Source: an uncultured virus (IMG/VR IMGVR_UViG_3300045912_000307)
Lineage: Duplodnaviria; Heunggongvirae; Uroviricota; Caudoviricetes
Length of the DNA stretch: 64,000 nucleotides
Reading direction: 5' to 3' (one strand)
IMG/VR virus record: IMGVR_UViG_3300045912_000307
Shown here in pieces: positions 48,288 through 57,503 of the stretch. A model generated the notes under the pieces. It saw only the letters and a list, made by a program, of their open reading frames with translations, did no database searches and was not told the DNA's origin. Position 1 is the stretch's first letter. Each line of letters opens with the position of its first letter. The position numbers and the translations under genes were made by a program.

Positions 48288-49325
48288 ATGTACTTCTTTA
48301 AACAAAACAAAAAAGCTATTAGCTTTGTATCAATCAACAAAATTAATGATATAAGTTTTTTAGTAGTTAAAGCAACTACTTACAGTAAGTTTAGTAGAAT
48401 TAATACTTATGAAGTTCATAAGTTTGATAATTCTACTTTAATGAATAAAGCTTACAATAGTTTCATATCTAAACAAAGACTTTATGATCAACCAGATATG
48501 AACACAAGTCTAATTAAACCAATGTTATTAGAATCTTGTGATAAGAATAAGATAACATATCCTGTATATGTTCAACGTAAGTATGATGGTATAAGATGTA
48601 TTGCTCACTTTATAAATAATGAATTAGTTTTACAAAGCAGAGATGGAATTTTATATAACATACCTCATATAAAAGAGTCTTTGAAACTATTAATGACAAA
48701 GATTAATATTAATAAGTTTGATGGAGAACTGTATAATCATGAAATAGGTTTACATAAAATAGCTAGCTGTGTTAAAACAGGTGATAAGAATAAGTTAATC
48801 AATTATGTTATTTATGATCTACCTTATTCTAACCTTGAAATGTTTAAAAGAACAAACTATTTAACTACTATAGATAGTATTATTAAAGAATATGGTATTA
48901 AGTATCTACAAGTTGATTGTGGTAATCTTGTTCACAATGAAGAAGAGTTAAAAGAATACCATATGAAATCTTTAGAGTTAAATTATGAGGGTACTATTGT
49001 TTGTAAGTATAACGGTTTTTATGATGAAGGTTTAAGAACTGATTCTAAAACTAAAATTAAACCTAGACAAACATCAGAGTTTAAATGTGTTGGTCATTAT
49101 TACAACAAAGGTAAATATTCTAAACAAAGTACTCTTATATGCGTAACAGATCAAGGTAAAGAATTTCATGTTAAAATGAAAGGTACTAATAAAGAAAGAG
49201 AAGAGATGGCAGCTAATTTTGAAACTGACTTCTTAAATAAAATGATTACAGTTGAATATAGAGTTTTAAGTAAAGAAGGAAAGCCAATTGAAGCTGTTGG
49301 TATTGCTGTAAGAGATTATGAGTAA
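48288..49325 (+). CDS. ATP-dependent DNA ligase
   Basis: QRKYDGIRC, SRDG, FDGELY, YD, YEG, KIK. Confidence 0.93.
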   Translation: MYFFKQNKKAISFVSINKINDISFLVVKATTYSKFSRINTYEVHKFDNSTLMNKAYNSFISKQRLYDQPDMNTSLIKPMLLESCDKNKITYPVYVQRKYDGIRCIAHFINNELVLQSRDGILYNIPHIKESLKLLMTKININKFDGELYNHEIGLHKIASCVKTGDKNKLINYVIYDLPYSNLEMFKRTNYLTTIDSIIKEYGIKYLQVDCGNLVHNEEELKEYHMKSLELNYEGTIVCKYNGFYDEGLRTDSKTKIKPRQTSEFKCVGHYYNKGKYSKQSTLICVTDQGKEFHVKMKGTNKEREEMAANFETDFLNKMITVEYRVLSKEGKPIEAVGIAVRDYE

Positions 49326-49848
49326 ATTAATAAACTATAAACTAGATAGTTCTGATGAAGAATATTTTTATGAGTATTTAAAAGAACTACATAAGTATAA
49401 GTTGATTATTGAAATTGTACCTCATAGAATTACGTATAAAATATTTGATAAAGTTATAGTTAATAATAAAAAACTTATAGGAGATAAGTATTATACTCCT
49501 GATTTTATATTTAAAATTGATAATAAGCTTAATGATATTTTTTACGTAAATCATGATGGTTATGTTTATGTAGAAGTTAAAGGAGAAAATACTAGTAGAT
49601 TTAATACTTCTTATACTTTTCCGGATAGACAAGCAATGATGTGGATTAAGCATTCTATATATGTACAAAAAGTAATACCTCATATTAGAAGCTATAAAAC
49701 AATTAAAAATTGCTTGTTTAAATCTACATTTGTACCTAAATCAGTTATTGATAAAGAGAAATACAAGAGAGGGGTAAATAAGGGTAAGACTAAAATAGTC
49801 TACCCTTATAAAACCATTAAAGAATTCATAAATGAACTTAATAAATGA
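49318..49848 (+). CDS. PD-(D/E)xK nuclease
   Basis: YTPDF...YVEVKG. Confidence 0.8.
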   Translation: MSKLINYKLDSSDEEYFYEYLKELHKYKLIIEIVPHRITYKIFDKVIVNNKKLIGDKYYTPDFIFKIDNKLNDIFYVNHDGYVYVEVKGENTSRFNTSYTFPDRQAMMWIKHSIYVQKVIPHIRSYKTIKNCLFKSTFVPKSVIDKEKYKRGVNKGKTKIVYPYKTIKEFINELNK

Positions 49849-50620
49849 TATTGAAGATGTAAAGAAAAGAGTATTAGTTATTGATGGTTCTGGGTTAGCT
49901 CACTTACATGGTAATAAAGCGAATTATAAAGAAACAATTCATGAGCACCTTAGAACAATGTTAAACAAGTTTTATACTAACTATTTTGTTATAATCCTTG
50001 AAAAGTCTAAAACTAATTTTAGACATAATATAGCAGTATCTAAAGGTTATAAAGAAAATCGTATAAAAAGCAAAGAGACTATTAAGAACTATTTACCTTA
50101 CTTAAATGATGTATTTAATTACATAAGAGAACAATTATATCCAGTAACATACTTAGGTGTAGAGAATGATGATATACTTAGTATAATGGCACATAGTTAT
50201 CCTCATGTAGTCATATGTGGTAATGATGTTGATTTATTAGCAATACCAGGTACTCATTATAATATAAAAACTAATGAAACTAAAGTTGTTACTTCTTTAG
50301 GTAAAATTAGCTATGAAGAAAATAAATTAAAAGCTACTGGTTTATATAATATATATGCTAAGATTCTTAAAGGTTCTTCTAAAGAAAACTACAGTGGTTT
50401 AATAGGCTATGGTCCTAAAAAAGTATATCAATTACTTAAAGATTGTAAAACTGAAGAGGAAATGCAAAGACTTTGTATTGATCTTTTTTACACTACTTAT
50501 GGTCCTGTTGAAGGTAAAAAGAAACTTGAAGAAGGATTTAGATTATGCTGGTTAATACAATCAAATACAAGTTTTAAACCGCCGCACATTATTGACTATG
50601 GCAAAATTAAAAAAGCATAG
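49832..50620 (+). CDS. 5'-3' exonuclease / flap endonuclease
   Basis: IDG, FR, YK.NR, ENDD, D.DL..IPG, G.GPK. Confidence 0.85.
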   Translation: MNLINDIEDVKKRVLVIDGSGLAHLHGNKANYKETIHEHLRTMLNKFYTNYFVIILEKSKTNFRHNIAVSKGYKENRIKSKETIKNYLPYLNDVFNYIREQLYPVTYLGVENDDILSIMAHSYPHVVICGNDVDLLAIPGTHYNIKTNETKVVTSLGKISYEENKLKATGLYNIYAKILKGSSKENYSGLIGYGPKKVYQLLKDCKTEEEMQRLCIDLFYTTYGPVEGKKKLEEGFRLCWLIQSNTSFKPPHIIDYGKIKKA

Positions 50621-51335
50621 TAAAATAGGAGTATATCCCTTAAAACAAGGTAATACTCATTTAGATTCTACTTATACTAAAACTGCTAGGTATTTATTTT
50701 TTTTAGAATTATGTAATTATCATTCAACTGCTTTACATGATGCTTTTGAAAAATTACAACCAGTTCCTGGTATAGATACTTTTGATCATATTAATGTGTA
50801 TGTACAAGATATTAATATTAAAGATTATGATCTTAATAATCCTCCTAATGGTAGATATCAGTATTTTGTAAAAGTAGATACTAGAAATCCTCAATTTAAT
50901 AAGTATTTAGACGTTATTAAAAACGATTTCTCATATGTTGATAGTTACAAGTATAAAGACGATCCAAATGATCCTTATTCTATAATTAGAATATCTGTCA
51001 TTAATACTGATAAGTTTAAGAAATTATTGGAATCTAAGTACTCTCAAATATGGACACAACAAGAATTAGAAAGATTATCTATGAATTACTTAGTTACTAG
51101 GAAATATGTAATTGATCCAAAAGCTTATCCTTTACATGATTCTAAGTTTGAAGAAGAAGCTGATTTCTTAAATCAAAGCTGGCATATTTTAGCTAAATCA
51201 GATGCCTATATTAATTTGTTATTACGCAAATGTAAACCTGATTATAATCTAGAAGAGAAACTTAAAGCAAAAGAAGCAGAACTAGATACAAAGTTTAACA
51301 TTCAAAAAGAGTCATTAGGTTATGAAATTAATTGA
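50598..51335 (+). CDS. hypothetical protein
   Basis: ATG at 50598 preferred. Confidence 0.75.
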   Translation: MAKLKKHSKIGVYPLKQGNTHLDSTYTKTARYLFFLELCNYHSTALHDAFEKLQPVPGIDTFDHINVYVQDINIKDYDLNNPPNGRYQYFVKVDTRNPQFNKYLDVIKNDFSYVDSYKYKDDPNDPYSIIRISVINTDKFKKLLESKYSQIWTQQELERLSMNYLVTRKYVIDPKAYPLHDSKFEEEADFLNQSWHILAKSDAYINLLLRKCKPDYNLEEKLKAKEAELDTKFNIQKESLGYEIN

Positions 51336-51987
51336 AATTAGAAGACAATATATCAACAGCGATGGTGTAGATATGACTATTGCTAGAGTAAAAGATGATA
51401 ATGGTTTAATAACAACAAAACATCTTACTAAAGAAGAGCTTGATAGTTTGGAAAAAGCTAACACTATTTCAAATGACGAAGTTATTCTAGACAATGCTTA
51501 TGCAAAAGAAATGTTAGAAGACTTTTTAAATGAAGTTGGAGAAAGTAAAGTAGAAAGTTTAGTATCTCCTACTGTGTACAGTAATATGAAAACAATAAAT
51601 AATGATTATAAAAAAGATACTTTAAGTTCAAGTAATGAAAATACTAATCATATGAGTACTATTACTGCTCAAAAAGAATTGTTTAAGAATGGAGAGTTAA
51701 AACCTAAAATGAGTTTAATACCTCAATTAGCTATAAGAGAAGTAGCTAGAGTACTTACTTATGGTGAAACTAAGTATGAAAGATTTAATTTTTCTAAAGA
51801 ACAATTTTTAACTACTTATATAGATGCTTCTTTAAGACATGTTAATGAGTTTCTAATGAATAAAAACATTGATAATGAATCAGGATTGAATCATTTAGCT
51901 CATGCAGCTGCTAATCTATTAATTTGTTTAGATAACTTTATTAACAAGAATTATACTGATGATAGAAATCCATATTACAAGCCTTAA
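51322..51987 (+). CDS. dATP/dGTP diphosphohydrolase (DUF5664)
   Basis: KP.MSLIP.....VA.VLTYG..KY...N, Y.DA..RH, D.ESGL.HLAHAA.N. Confidence 0.85.
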   Translation: MKLIEIRRQYINSDGVDMTIARVKDDNGLITTKHLTKEELDSLEKANTISNDEVILDNAYAKEMLEDFLNEVGESKVESLVSPTVYSNMKTINNDYKKDTLSSSNENTNHMSTITAQKELFKNGELKPKMSLIPQLAIREVARVLTYGETKYERFNFSKEQFLTTYIDASLRHVNEFLMNKNIDNESGLNHLAHAAANLLICLDNFINKNYTDDRNPYYKP

Positions 51988-52138
51988 TAGTTTTGATTAT
52001 GAGCTTGATACTGAATTTGAAATAATTAATGACACTAAGTTTTACTGCTTTGAATGTGGTAAAATGGTAAATGAATCTATTAGAAGTAACTGTTTTAAAT
52101 GCACACCAGATGATTCTAAAGATAAAGATGTTGCATAA
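51959..52138 (+). CDS. small zinc-ribbon protein (not in ORF track)
   Basis: 59 aa with CFEC...CFKC. Confidence 0.55.
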   Translation: MIEIHITSLNSFDYELDTEFEIINDTKFYCFECGKMVNESIRSNCFKCTPDDSKDKDVA

Positions 52139-52580
52139 AGATGCTAAAACTCCTTTTAAAACTAATATTGACGATGTAGGCTATGATGTGGTAGCTACTG
52201 AAAGAATTATAGAAGATAATTATGTTATTTATAAACTAGGTTTTGCTACAGAATTTCCTAAAGATACTGAAATTCAAATTAGACCTAGATCTAGTATTTC
52301 TAAATATGACTTGATAATGTGTAATAGTCCTGGTACTATTGATCCTACTTATAGAGGTGAATGGCAAGTTAGATTTAAAATTGTACCAAGTATTGATACA
52401 ATTAATAATGCTATTAAATCTAAGAAACCTATTGATATTAGTCAGTTAAAACTATACGAAGTAGGAGATAGAGTAGCACAAATTGTACCATTAAAAAAGA
52501 TACAATCAGTTAACATTGTTCATTCTTCTATTCTTAGTGAAGAAGATAGAGGAGGAGGATTTGGAAGTACAGGAAAATGA
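52110..52580 (+). CDS. dut: trimeric dUTPase
   Basis: GYD, RPRSS, PGTID..YRGE, GDRVAQ, RGGGFGSTG. Confidence 0.95.
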   Translation: MILKIKMLHKDAKTPFKTNIDDVGYDVVATERIIEDNYVIYKLGFATEFPKDTEIQIRPRSSISKYDLIMCNSPGTIDPTYRGEWQVRFKIVPSIDTINNAIKSKKPIDISQLKLYEVGDRVAQIVPLKKIQSVNIVHSSILSEEDRGGGFGSTGK

Positions 52581-53179
52581 GATATTGTAAAAGAACTAAA
52601 GAGCTTATACTAAGCATGTATAAAACTGCTTCTATAAGCGATATTCAATTTGCTATCAAAGTAAATAATCTTAAAGAAAGAAGTGAAAAGTCTTTGACTA
52701 AAATTATTAATAAACTAAAAGCATTAGATGAATTAAAACAATTAAAAGTAGAAAAACGTATTCAAAGAAATGAAAGAGCTTGTCAACTAAATCCTATTCT
52801 TTATAGAGCTAAAAGTTTGTATAGAGGAGCTAAACAAAGAGCTAAACTAAAAAATATACCTTTTGATTTAACAGTAGTTTGGATTTATGATAAACTACTA
52901 GCTGGTAAATGTGAAGTTACAGGTATTGAATTTGTTATAAAAAAATATTCTAGTAGATTAAAAAATGGTTATGAAAAAGTTCATCCATTTGCTCCTAGTT
53001 TAGATCAAATAAAACCTAGTAAAGGTTATACTAAAGACAATGTTCAAGTTGTTTGCGATCAATTTAATAAATTCAAAAACGATCGGGATATTGTTCATAC
53101 TTATAAAATCGCTAAAGCTTATGTCGAGTCTATTAAATCCAAATATTCATTGCAAGTTAAGAAATTAGAATTTAACTAA
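52577..53179 (+). CDS. free-standing HNH-like endonuclease
   Basis: C..TG...PSLD.I.PSKGYT.DNV..VC...N..K. Confidence 0.75.
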   Translation: MRYCKRTKELILSMYKTASISDIQFAIKVNNLKERSEKSLTKIINKLKALDELKQLKVEKRIQRNERACQLNPILYRAKSLYRGAKQRAKLKNIPFDLTVVWIYDKLLAGKCEVTGIEFVIKKYSSRLKNGYEKVHPFAPSLDQIKPSKGYTKDNVQVVCDQFNKFKNDRDIVHTYKIAKAYVESIKSKYSLQVKKLEFN

Positions 53180-53193
53180 TTAAATTATTTACT

Positions 53194-53247
53194 TAACTAA
53201 AAGTGTGTTATAATTGTCTAAAATAGCAATTATAACACTTTTAGTTA
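53194..53247. promoter_or_regulatory. long inverted repeat at the boundary between replication and virion modules
   Basis: TAACTAAAAGTG..TTATAATTG / CAATTATAACACTTTTAGTTA. Confidence 0.55.
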
Positions 53248-53284
53248 TTTAATCGAATATAAACAACATAAATAGTAATTAACT

Positions 53285-56200
53285 ATGGCGATAATAAGTG
53301 GGTTTAAATCAGCTACAGTAGATGATGTTAAGCCGTTTCAGCTACCTATAGATGAAATGGCAAAAGGTTTATTAGCAATTGATACTAGAGCTACTGCAGC
53401 AAAAAACGCTTTAGCTACTGCTACAAGTTCTTTAAACATACCCCTTCGTGATAATGTTGAAGATTGGAATCTATTTGATACTATTGTAAAAGAATTTGAT
53501 CAAGAGAAGAATAAATTAATAGATTCAGTAGGCGGTGATTTTTCTAAGTTAAATATTGCAGATTTACAAAAATTAGCTTTAGATAAAGCACAAGATCATA
53601 GATTTAGACAATTAGTAAGTGCTAAGAAAAATGCTGATGAGTTTCAAGAGCAATTGAATAAAATGCAAGCTGCTGGAAAAGTACCTGTAACTTTTGGTAT
53701 TAATCCTCTTTATGATTCTCTTTATGATGAAAACGGTAGATTTAGATTTATGAATCAGTATGAAATAATGGAAGATCAAGATATAGAAGAACCTGCACAA
53801 AAAATGTTTAATAATTTAGGTCATAGTCTTGAAGAAGCTATTAAATGGCATCATAGTTCTGCTTTCTTAACTAAAGAGCAGCAAGAACAATTCTGGTATG
53901 ATTTCTGGCAAAAAGACTGGTCTAAAATTAAAGATAATTATCCTAACATTTCTGCTGTTATTAAAGATGGAGCTAAACAATTGATGAATGAACCAGCTGG
54001 TAGAGTTCATCAAAGAAAGCTTTATACTATGTATTCTAAGCAGTTTCCAACTAAGTCCAGACAGGAAGTTGATCAAATGATCGAAGATGACTTTGCTAAA
54101 ATCTTAATAAGAATTGGTAATTCTAGAAGAATAAGAGAATTAAATAAAACAAGTGATAGAAATTATAATCAAAAACCACAACAACCTTCTGTAGGTTCAC
54201 CAGGTATGCCTTCTGGTAAAGGATCAAAAGTAGAAGCACCAGAACGTTTGAATATTAAAGCGCAAGAGTTTACATATACAGCTCCTGGATTTAATTACTT
54301 AAATCAAATAAGTCCTGGTGAAGCTTCAAGACATATTCTTAATACTGATATTAATCTTGCTAATTCAGGTATTAACTGGTCTCAATTCGATCCAGCTAAC
54401 ATTGGTTCTATTGATAATATTAACTTGTTAGGTCAGTACTTATTAGCTGTACCTACTTTTGATAAAAAGATAGAAGTTAAAGGTCTTGGTGGATTTGATT
54501 TTGCAGGAGGTATTTATCAAGCTGCGCAAAATACAGTAATAATTGGTGGTAATGAAAAAGAAAAATGGAGAAATAATCCTACTGTGTTACCTATGCTTAA
54601 AGGTGATAATTTTGGATCAGCTGTAACATTACCTACTGGATATTTTATGGCAGATGGTAAAAGTTACAATGACATTCTTAATAACAATGATATTGCTTAT
54701 AATACAATTAGACAAGCTATTGAAAATAATCAAACTTATATTCTTGAACAAGATTACGCTAGAGCTTTAGCTAGAGAAGCTGGTGTTACTAGTGATAAAG
54801 ATAAAAACTACGTTGAAACAATGAAAACAGTTTCTGCTATTATTCAGCAACGTAGAAACTTTTCTCAAGGTAATTCAATGTATAATTTTAATATTAATCC
54901 TGATACAGGATTACCAAGTATTGGTGTAGATAAAACTCTTTACACAGTATTACAACTATTAGACGAAGATCGTAAAGAAGTAGATGCTGAAGGTAAACCT
55001 ACTCGTGCTGCACAATTAGCTGAACTACGTTATCAAAAACTAAGTGCTAAGATTAAAGCTGCTGAAGAATTTAGAAACAATTCAGGTAGAGCTTACTTTG
55101 AAAAAGCTGAAGCTACAATGAGAACTAAAGCTGAACAAGCTGCTACTTTTGATATGATTGATGATACTCATAGAGTAGCTGCTGGTATGAAAGAAAATGA
55201 ATACTTTATTATGGGTAATGAAGGAAAGAAAAGTAAACTAGAGGATAAAAAAGAAGCAGATATATTGTATAAAAAAGCTATAGTGACAACTGCTTACGCT
55301 ATGAGTAATTCTTCAATTAGCGGTGTTAGATTTAAACTTGACTATGCTGATTTGTCTGAAAGTACAGATAGTCTAAAAAATAAATTAGGAGATACTATGT
55401 TAAATATTACTGAAAAGATCTTAAGAAGAGAATTTCGTTTAGAAGATTATTTAACAAAAGAAGAAATAGAAGAAGGTACATCTGATCGTCTTTGGAGTTT
55501 TGTATTATCAAAATCATTATTATCTAAGTTTTTTAGTGAAATAGAAATAGAAGAGTTAGAAAAACAGGGAGTTATTAGGGGAGGTTTTTCAAGTATGGCA
55601 AACCCTATTTTATCAGATATAGCTCACCTGTTATATTACTATTTTGAACCTGATAGTAGCGGTAAGACAATTACTTACACTAACCAAGAAGCTCCTAATG
55701 AATATAATCAAAAACTTCAATCATCAATTATCGAAAGTTTAAAGCAAAACAAAAGCATATCACCAGCTGCTTTAAGATATTATGAATCACTAACTAAATC
55801 TAAATTAAATAGAGAAGCAGCTTTAACATACAGAATGTTTAATGAAACAGATCCTGATACTAAACACTATGCTGAAAATATTAAAAGTTTAGTTGTTAAT
55901 AAAATAATGGCAGATGGTACAGCTGATACTCCTATCTATAGAGCTCATTATAATAGTAACAACACTAAAGTATTAAGAGAACAAGCTCCTATTCACTTGT
56001 TAAAAGATCAGCTTAGAGAGTTATACGATAAGATTAATGAGAAGAATACTACAGGTAAACTACCTTCTTATGAAGATTTTATTAAAGACTCTGTTACAGT
56101 ACTAGGAGTTACATGGGAACCAGGTCAAACAGGTTCTGATGACGGATGGGTAGTTGGTTTTCAAGTAACAATTGATGGTACTAAACACCATTGGCAAATA

Positions 56201-56725
56201 CCAGTATCTCAAACAGAATTACCAATGACTGTAAGAACTATGTTAGGTTTTGATAATCTTGAGTTAAAGTATTCTCCTATTGTCCAACAAAGTTTAAAAC
56301 AAAATGGAGGATTATTTTATGATTTAGATTCTAGAGCTGAAGGAAGCAGTCCTATGAGAGTTTTTGTAGCTCATGCTCCTATGACTTTACGAGGTGTAAA
56401 TGGTGATATGGTTTCATTACAAGTAGGTCAAAGATATATTATTGGTTCAGGTAACCCTGCTATAGATCCGACAAACGCTTCAGAAGCTGGTATTCGTGCG
56501 TTTAAAAACGATCATGAAGCCTGGATGTATTATGATAGAAATAAAGCTTACGGTAAAAACTATCATGATTTAGTGTTTTTAAATAGCATATTAAAACAAA
56601 TGGCTTTAGCTAGATCGCCTCAAGAAAAACTAGCTATATCATATAGAATGACTGGTAAATATTTAAGTGAAGAAGCAATTAGAGCATTGATGCTTAAAAA
56701 AGCTGAAGAAAACCGGTCAAAGTAG
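53285..56725 (+). CDS. large putative virion (ejected/cargo) protein
   Basis: 1146 aa; size and position like crAss-type virion cargo genes; no recognisable motif. Confidence 0.7.
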   Translation: MAIISGFKSATVDDVKPFQLPIDEMAKGLLAIDTRATAAKNALATATSSLNIPLRDNVEDWNLFDTIVKEFDQEKNKLIDSVGGDFSKLNIADLQKLALDKAQDHRFRQLVSAKKNADEFQEQLNKMQAAGKVPVTFGINPLYDSLYDENGRFRFMNQYEIMEDQDIEEPAQKMFNNLGHSLEEAIKWHHSSAFLTKEQQEQFWYDFWQKDWSKIKDNYPNISAVIKDGAKQLMNEPAGRVHQRKLYTMYSKQFPTKSRQEVDQMIEDDFAKILIRIGNSRRIRELNKTSDRNYNQKPQQPSVGSPGMPSGKGSKVEAPERLNIKAQEFTYTAPGFNYLNQISPGEASRHILNTDINLANSGINWSQFDPANIGSIDNINLLGQYLLAVPTFDKKIEVKGLGGFDFAGGIYQAAQNTVIIGGNEKEKWRNNPTVLPMLKGDNFGSAVTLPTGYFMADGKSYNDILNNNDIAYNTIRQAIENNQTYILEQDYARALAREAGVTSDKDKNYVETMKTVSAIIQQRRNFSQGNSMYNFNINPDTGLPSIGVDKTLYTVLQLLDEDRKEVDAEGKPTRAAQLAELRYQKLSAKIKAAEEFRNNSGRAYFEKAEATMRTKAEQAATFDMIDDTHRVAAGMKENEYFIMGNEGKKSKLEDKKEADILYKKAIVTTAYAMSNSSISGVRFKLDYADLSESTDSLKNKLGDTMLNITEKILRREFRLEDYLTKEEIEEGTSDRLWSFVLSKSLLSKFFSEIEIEELEKQGVIRGGFSSMANPILSDIAHLLYYYFEPDSSGKTITYTNQEAPNEYNQKLQSSIIESLKQNKSISPAALRYYESLTKSKLNREAALTYRMFNETDPDTKHYAENIKSLVVNKIMADGTADTPIYRAHYNSNNTKVLREQAPIHLLKDQLRELYDKINEKNTTGKLPSYEDFIKDSVTVLGVTWEPGQTGSDDGWVVGFQVTIDGTKHHWQIPVSQTELPMTVRTMLGFDNLELKYSPIVQQSLKQNGGLFYDLDSRAEGSSPMRVFVAHAPMTLRGVNGDMVSLQVGQRYIIGSGNPAIDPTNASEAGIRAFKNDHEAWMYYDRNKAYGKNYHDLVFLNSILKQMALARSPQEKLAISYRMTGKYLSEEAIRALMLKKAEENRSK

Positions 56726-56757
56726 GTGAGCCGCAAGAAAAGATACCTACTGCGGCT
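56707..56757 (+). other. candidate -1 programmed ribosomal frameshift signal
   Basis: GAA-AAC, then a 7-nt spacer and interlocking stems AGTAGGT/ACCTACT and AGCCGCA/TGCGGCT; -1 frame open from 56707 into the next ORF. Confidence 0.55.
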
Positions 56758-56772
56758 GTAGGTGAAGAAGAA

Positions 56773-57489
56773 ATGGTTAAAAATACAGCTAGAAAATATA
56801 AACCTTTAATTAGAACATTTGTAAATGAAGAAGGATTACCTAAAGAAGCTGAAGATATAATGACTGTACTGATTAGTAACGAATCAGGCGGTCAATTAAT
56901 AAACCCTAAAACAGGTGTTATTCATTTAAGATTTGAAGGGCATATTTTCCAACAAAAAATGGTAGAATTAAAAGCTAATGAATTAATGAGACAAGGTGTT
57001 GCTCCGGATAAAGCGATGAAAGCTGCTCAAGATTACGTATTAAGTTTAAAAAACAGTGATAAAAATGCTTTATTTTATGATAAAGTAGATCAACATCCAG
57101 GTACTTCAGGACAAGCAGAATTAAATAGATTAAAGAAAGCTTATGAGCTTAATCCTGAAGCTGCTGCTATGGCTACAGGATTAGGTTTAACTGCTATTCA
57201 AGGGGTTAATTATAAGTTATTAGGATTTAATACTGGTAAAGAATTATTAGATTATGTACTTTCTAATCCTAAAGATGAAGATTTTATTAGATGGCAAGCC
57301 AGAATAATAAAAAATAATATTGATTACTTTAAATCAAAATACAAAAGAAATCCAACTGAAGAAGAAATAGTAGCAATGTATCAAGCAGGACCTGGTAATC
57401 CTAATTTATATCAAGATAAAGGTAATAAAATTGCTCAAGACTATATTGAAAAATATAGAAGACGCAAAGCATATATAAGCGGTTATTAA
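56773..57489 (+). CDS. N-acetylmuramidase (DUF3380-like lysozyme fold); probably a frameshift extension of the upstream protein
   Basis: ESGG...FEGHIF, A..AT.LGL.AIQG.NYKLLGF motifs. Confidence 0.75.
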   Translation: MVKNTARKYKPLIRTFVNEEGLPKEAEDIMTVLISNESGGQLINPKTGVIHLRFEGHIFQQKMVELKANELMRQGVAPDKAMKAAQDYVLSLKNSDKNALFYDKVDQHPGTSGQAELNRLKKAYELNPEAAAMATGLGLTAIQGVNYKLLGFNTGKELLDYVLSNPKDEDFIRWQARIIKNNIDYFKSKYKRNPTEEEIVAMYQAGPGNPNLYQDKGNKIAQDYIEKYRRRKAYISGY

Positions 57490-57503
57490 TAAATATTTTA
57501 AAC

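Noticed and set aside
51322..51987. Calling this a Z-base (diaminopurine) genome from DUF5664
   Set aside because: No PurZ is present in the window, so the single gene is insufficient evidence.
56723..56761. TAG readthrough joining the 53285 ORF to the muramidase
   Set aside because: Frame 0 hits another TAG 12 codons later and the muramidase is in the -1 frame.
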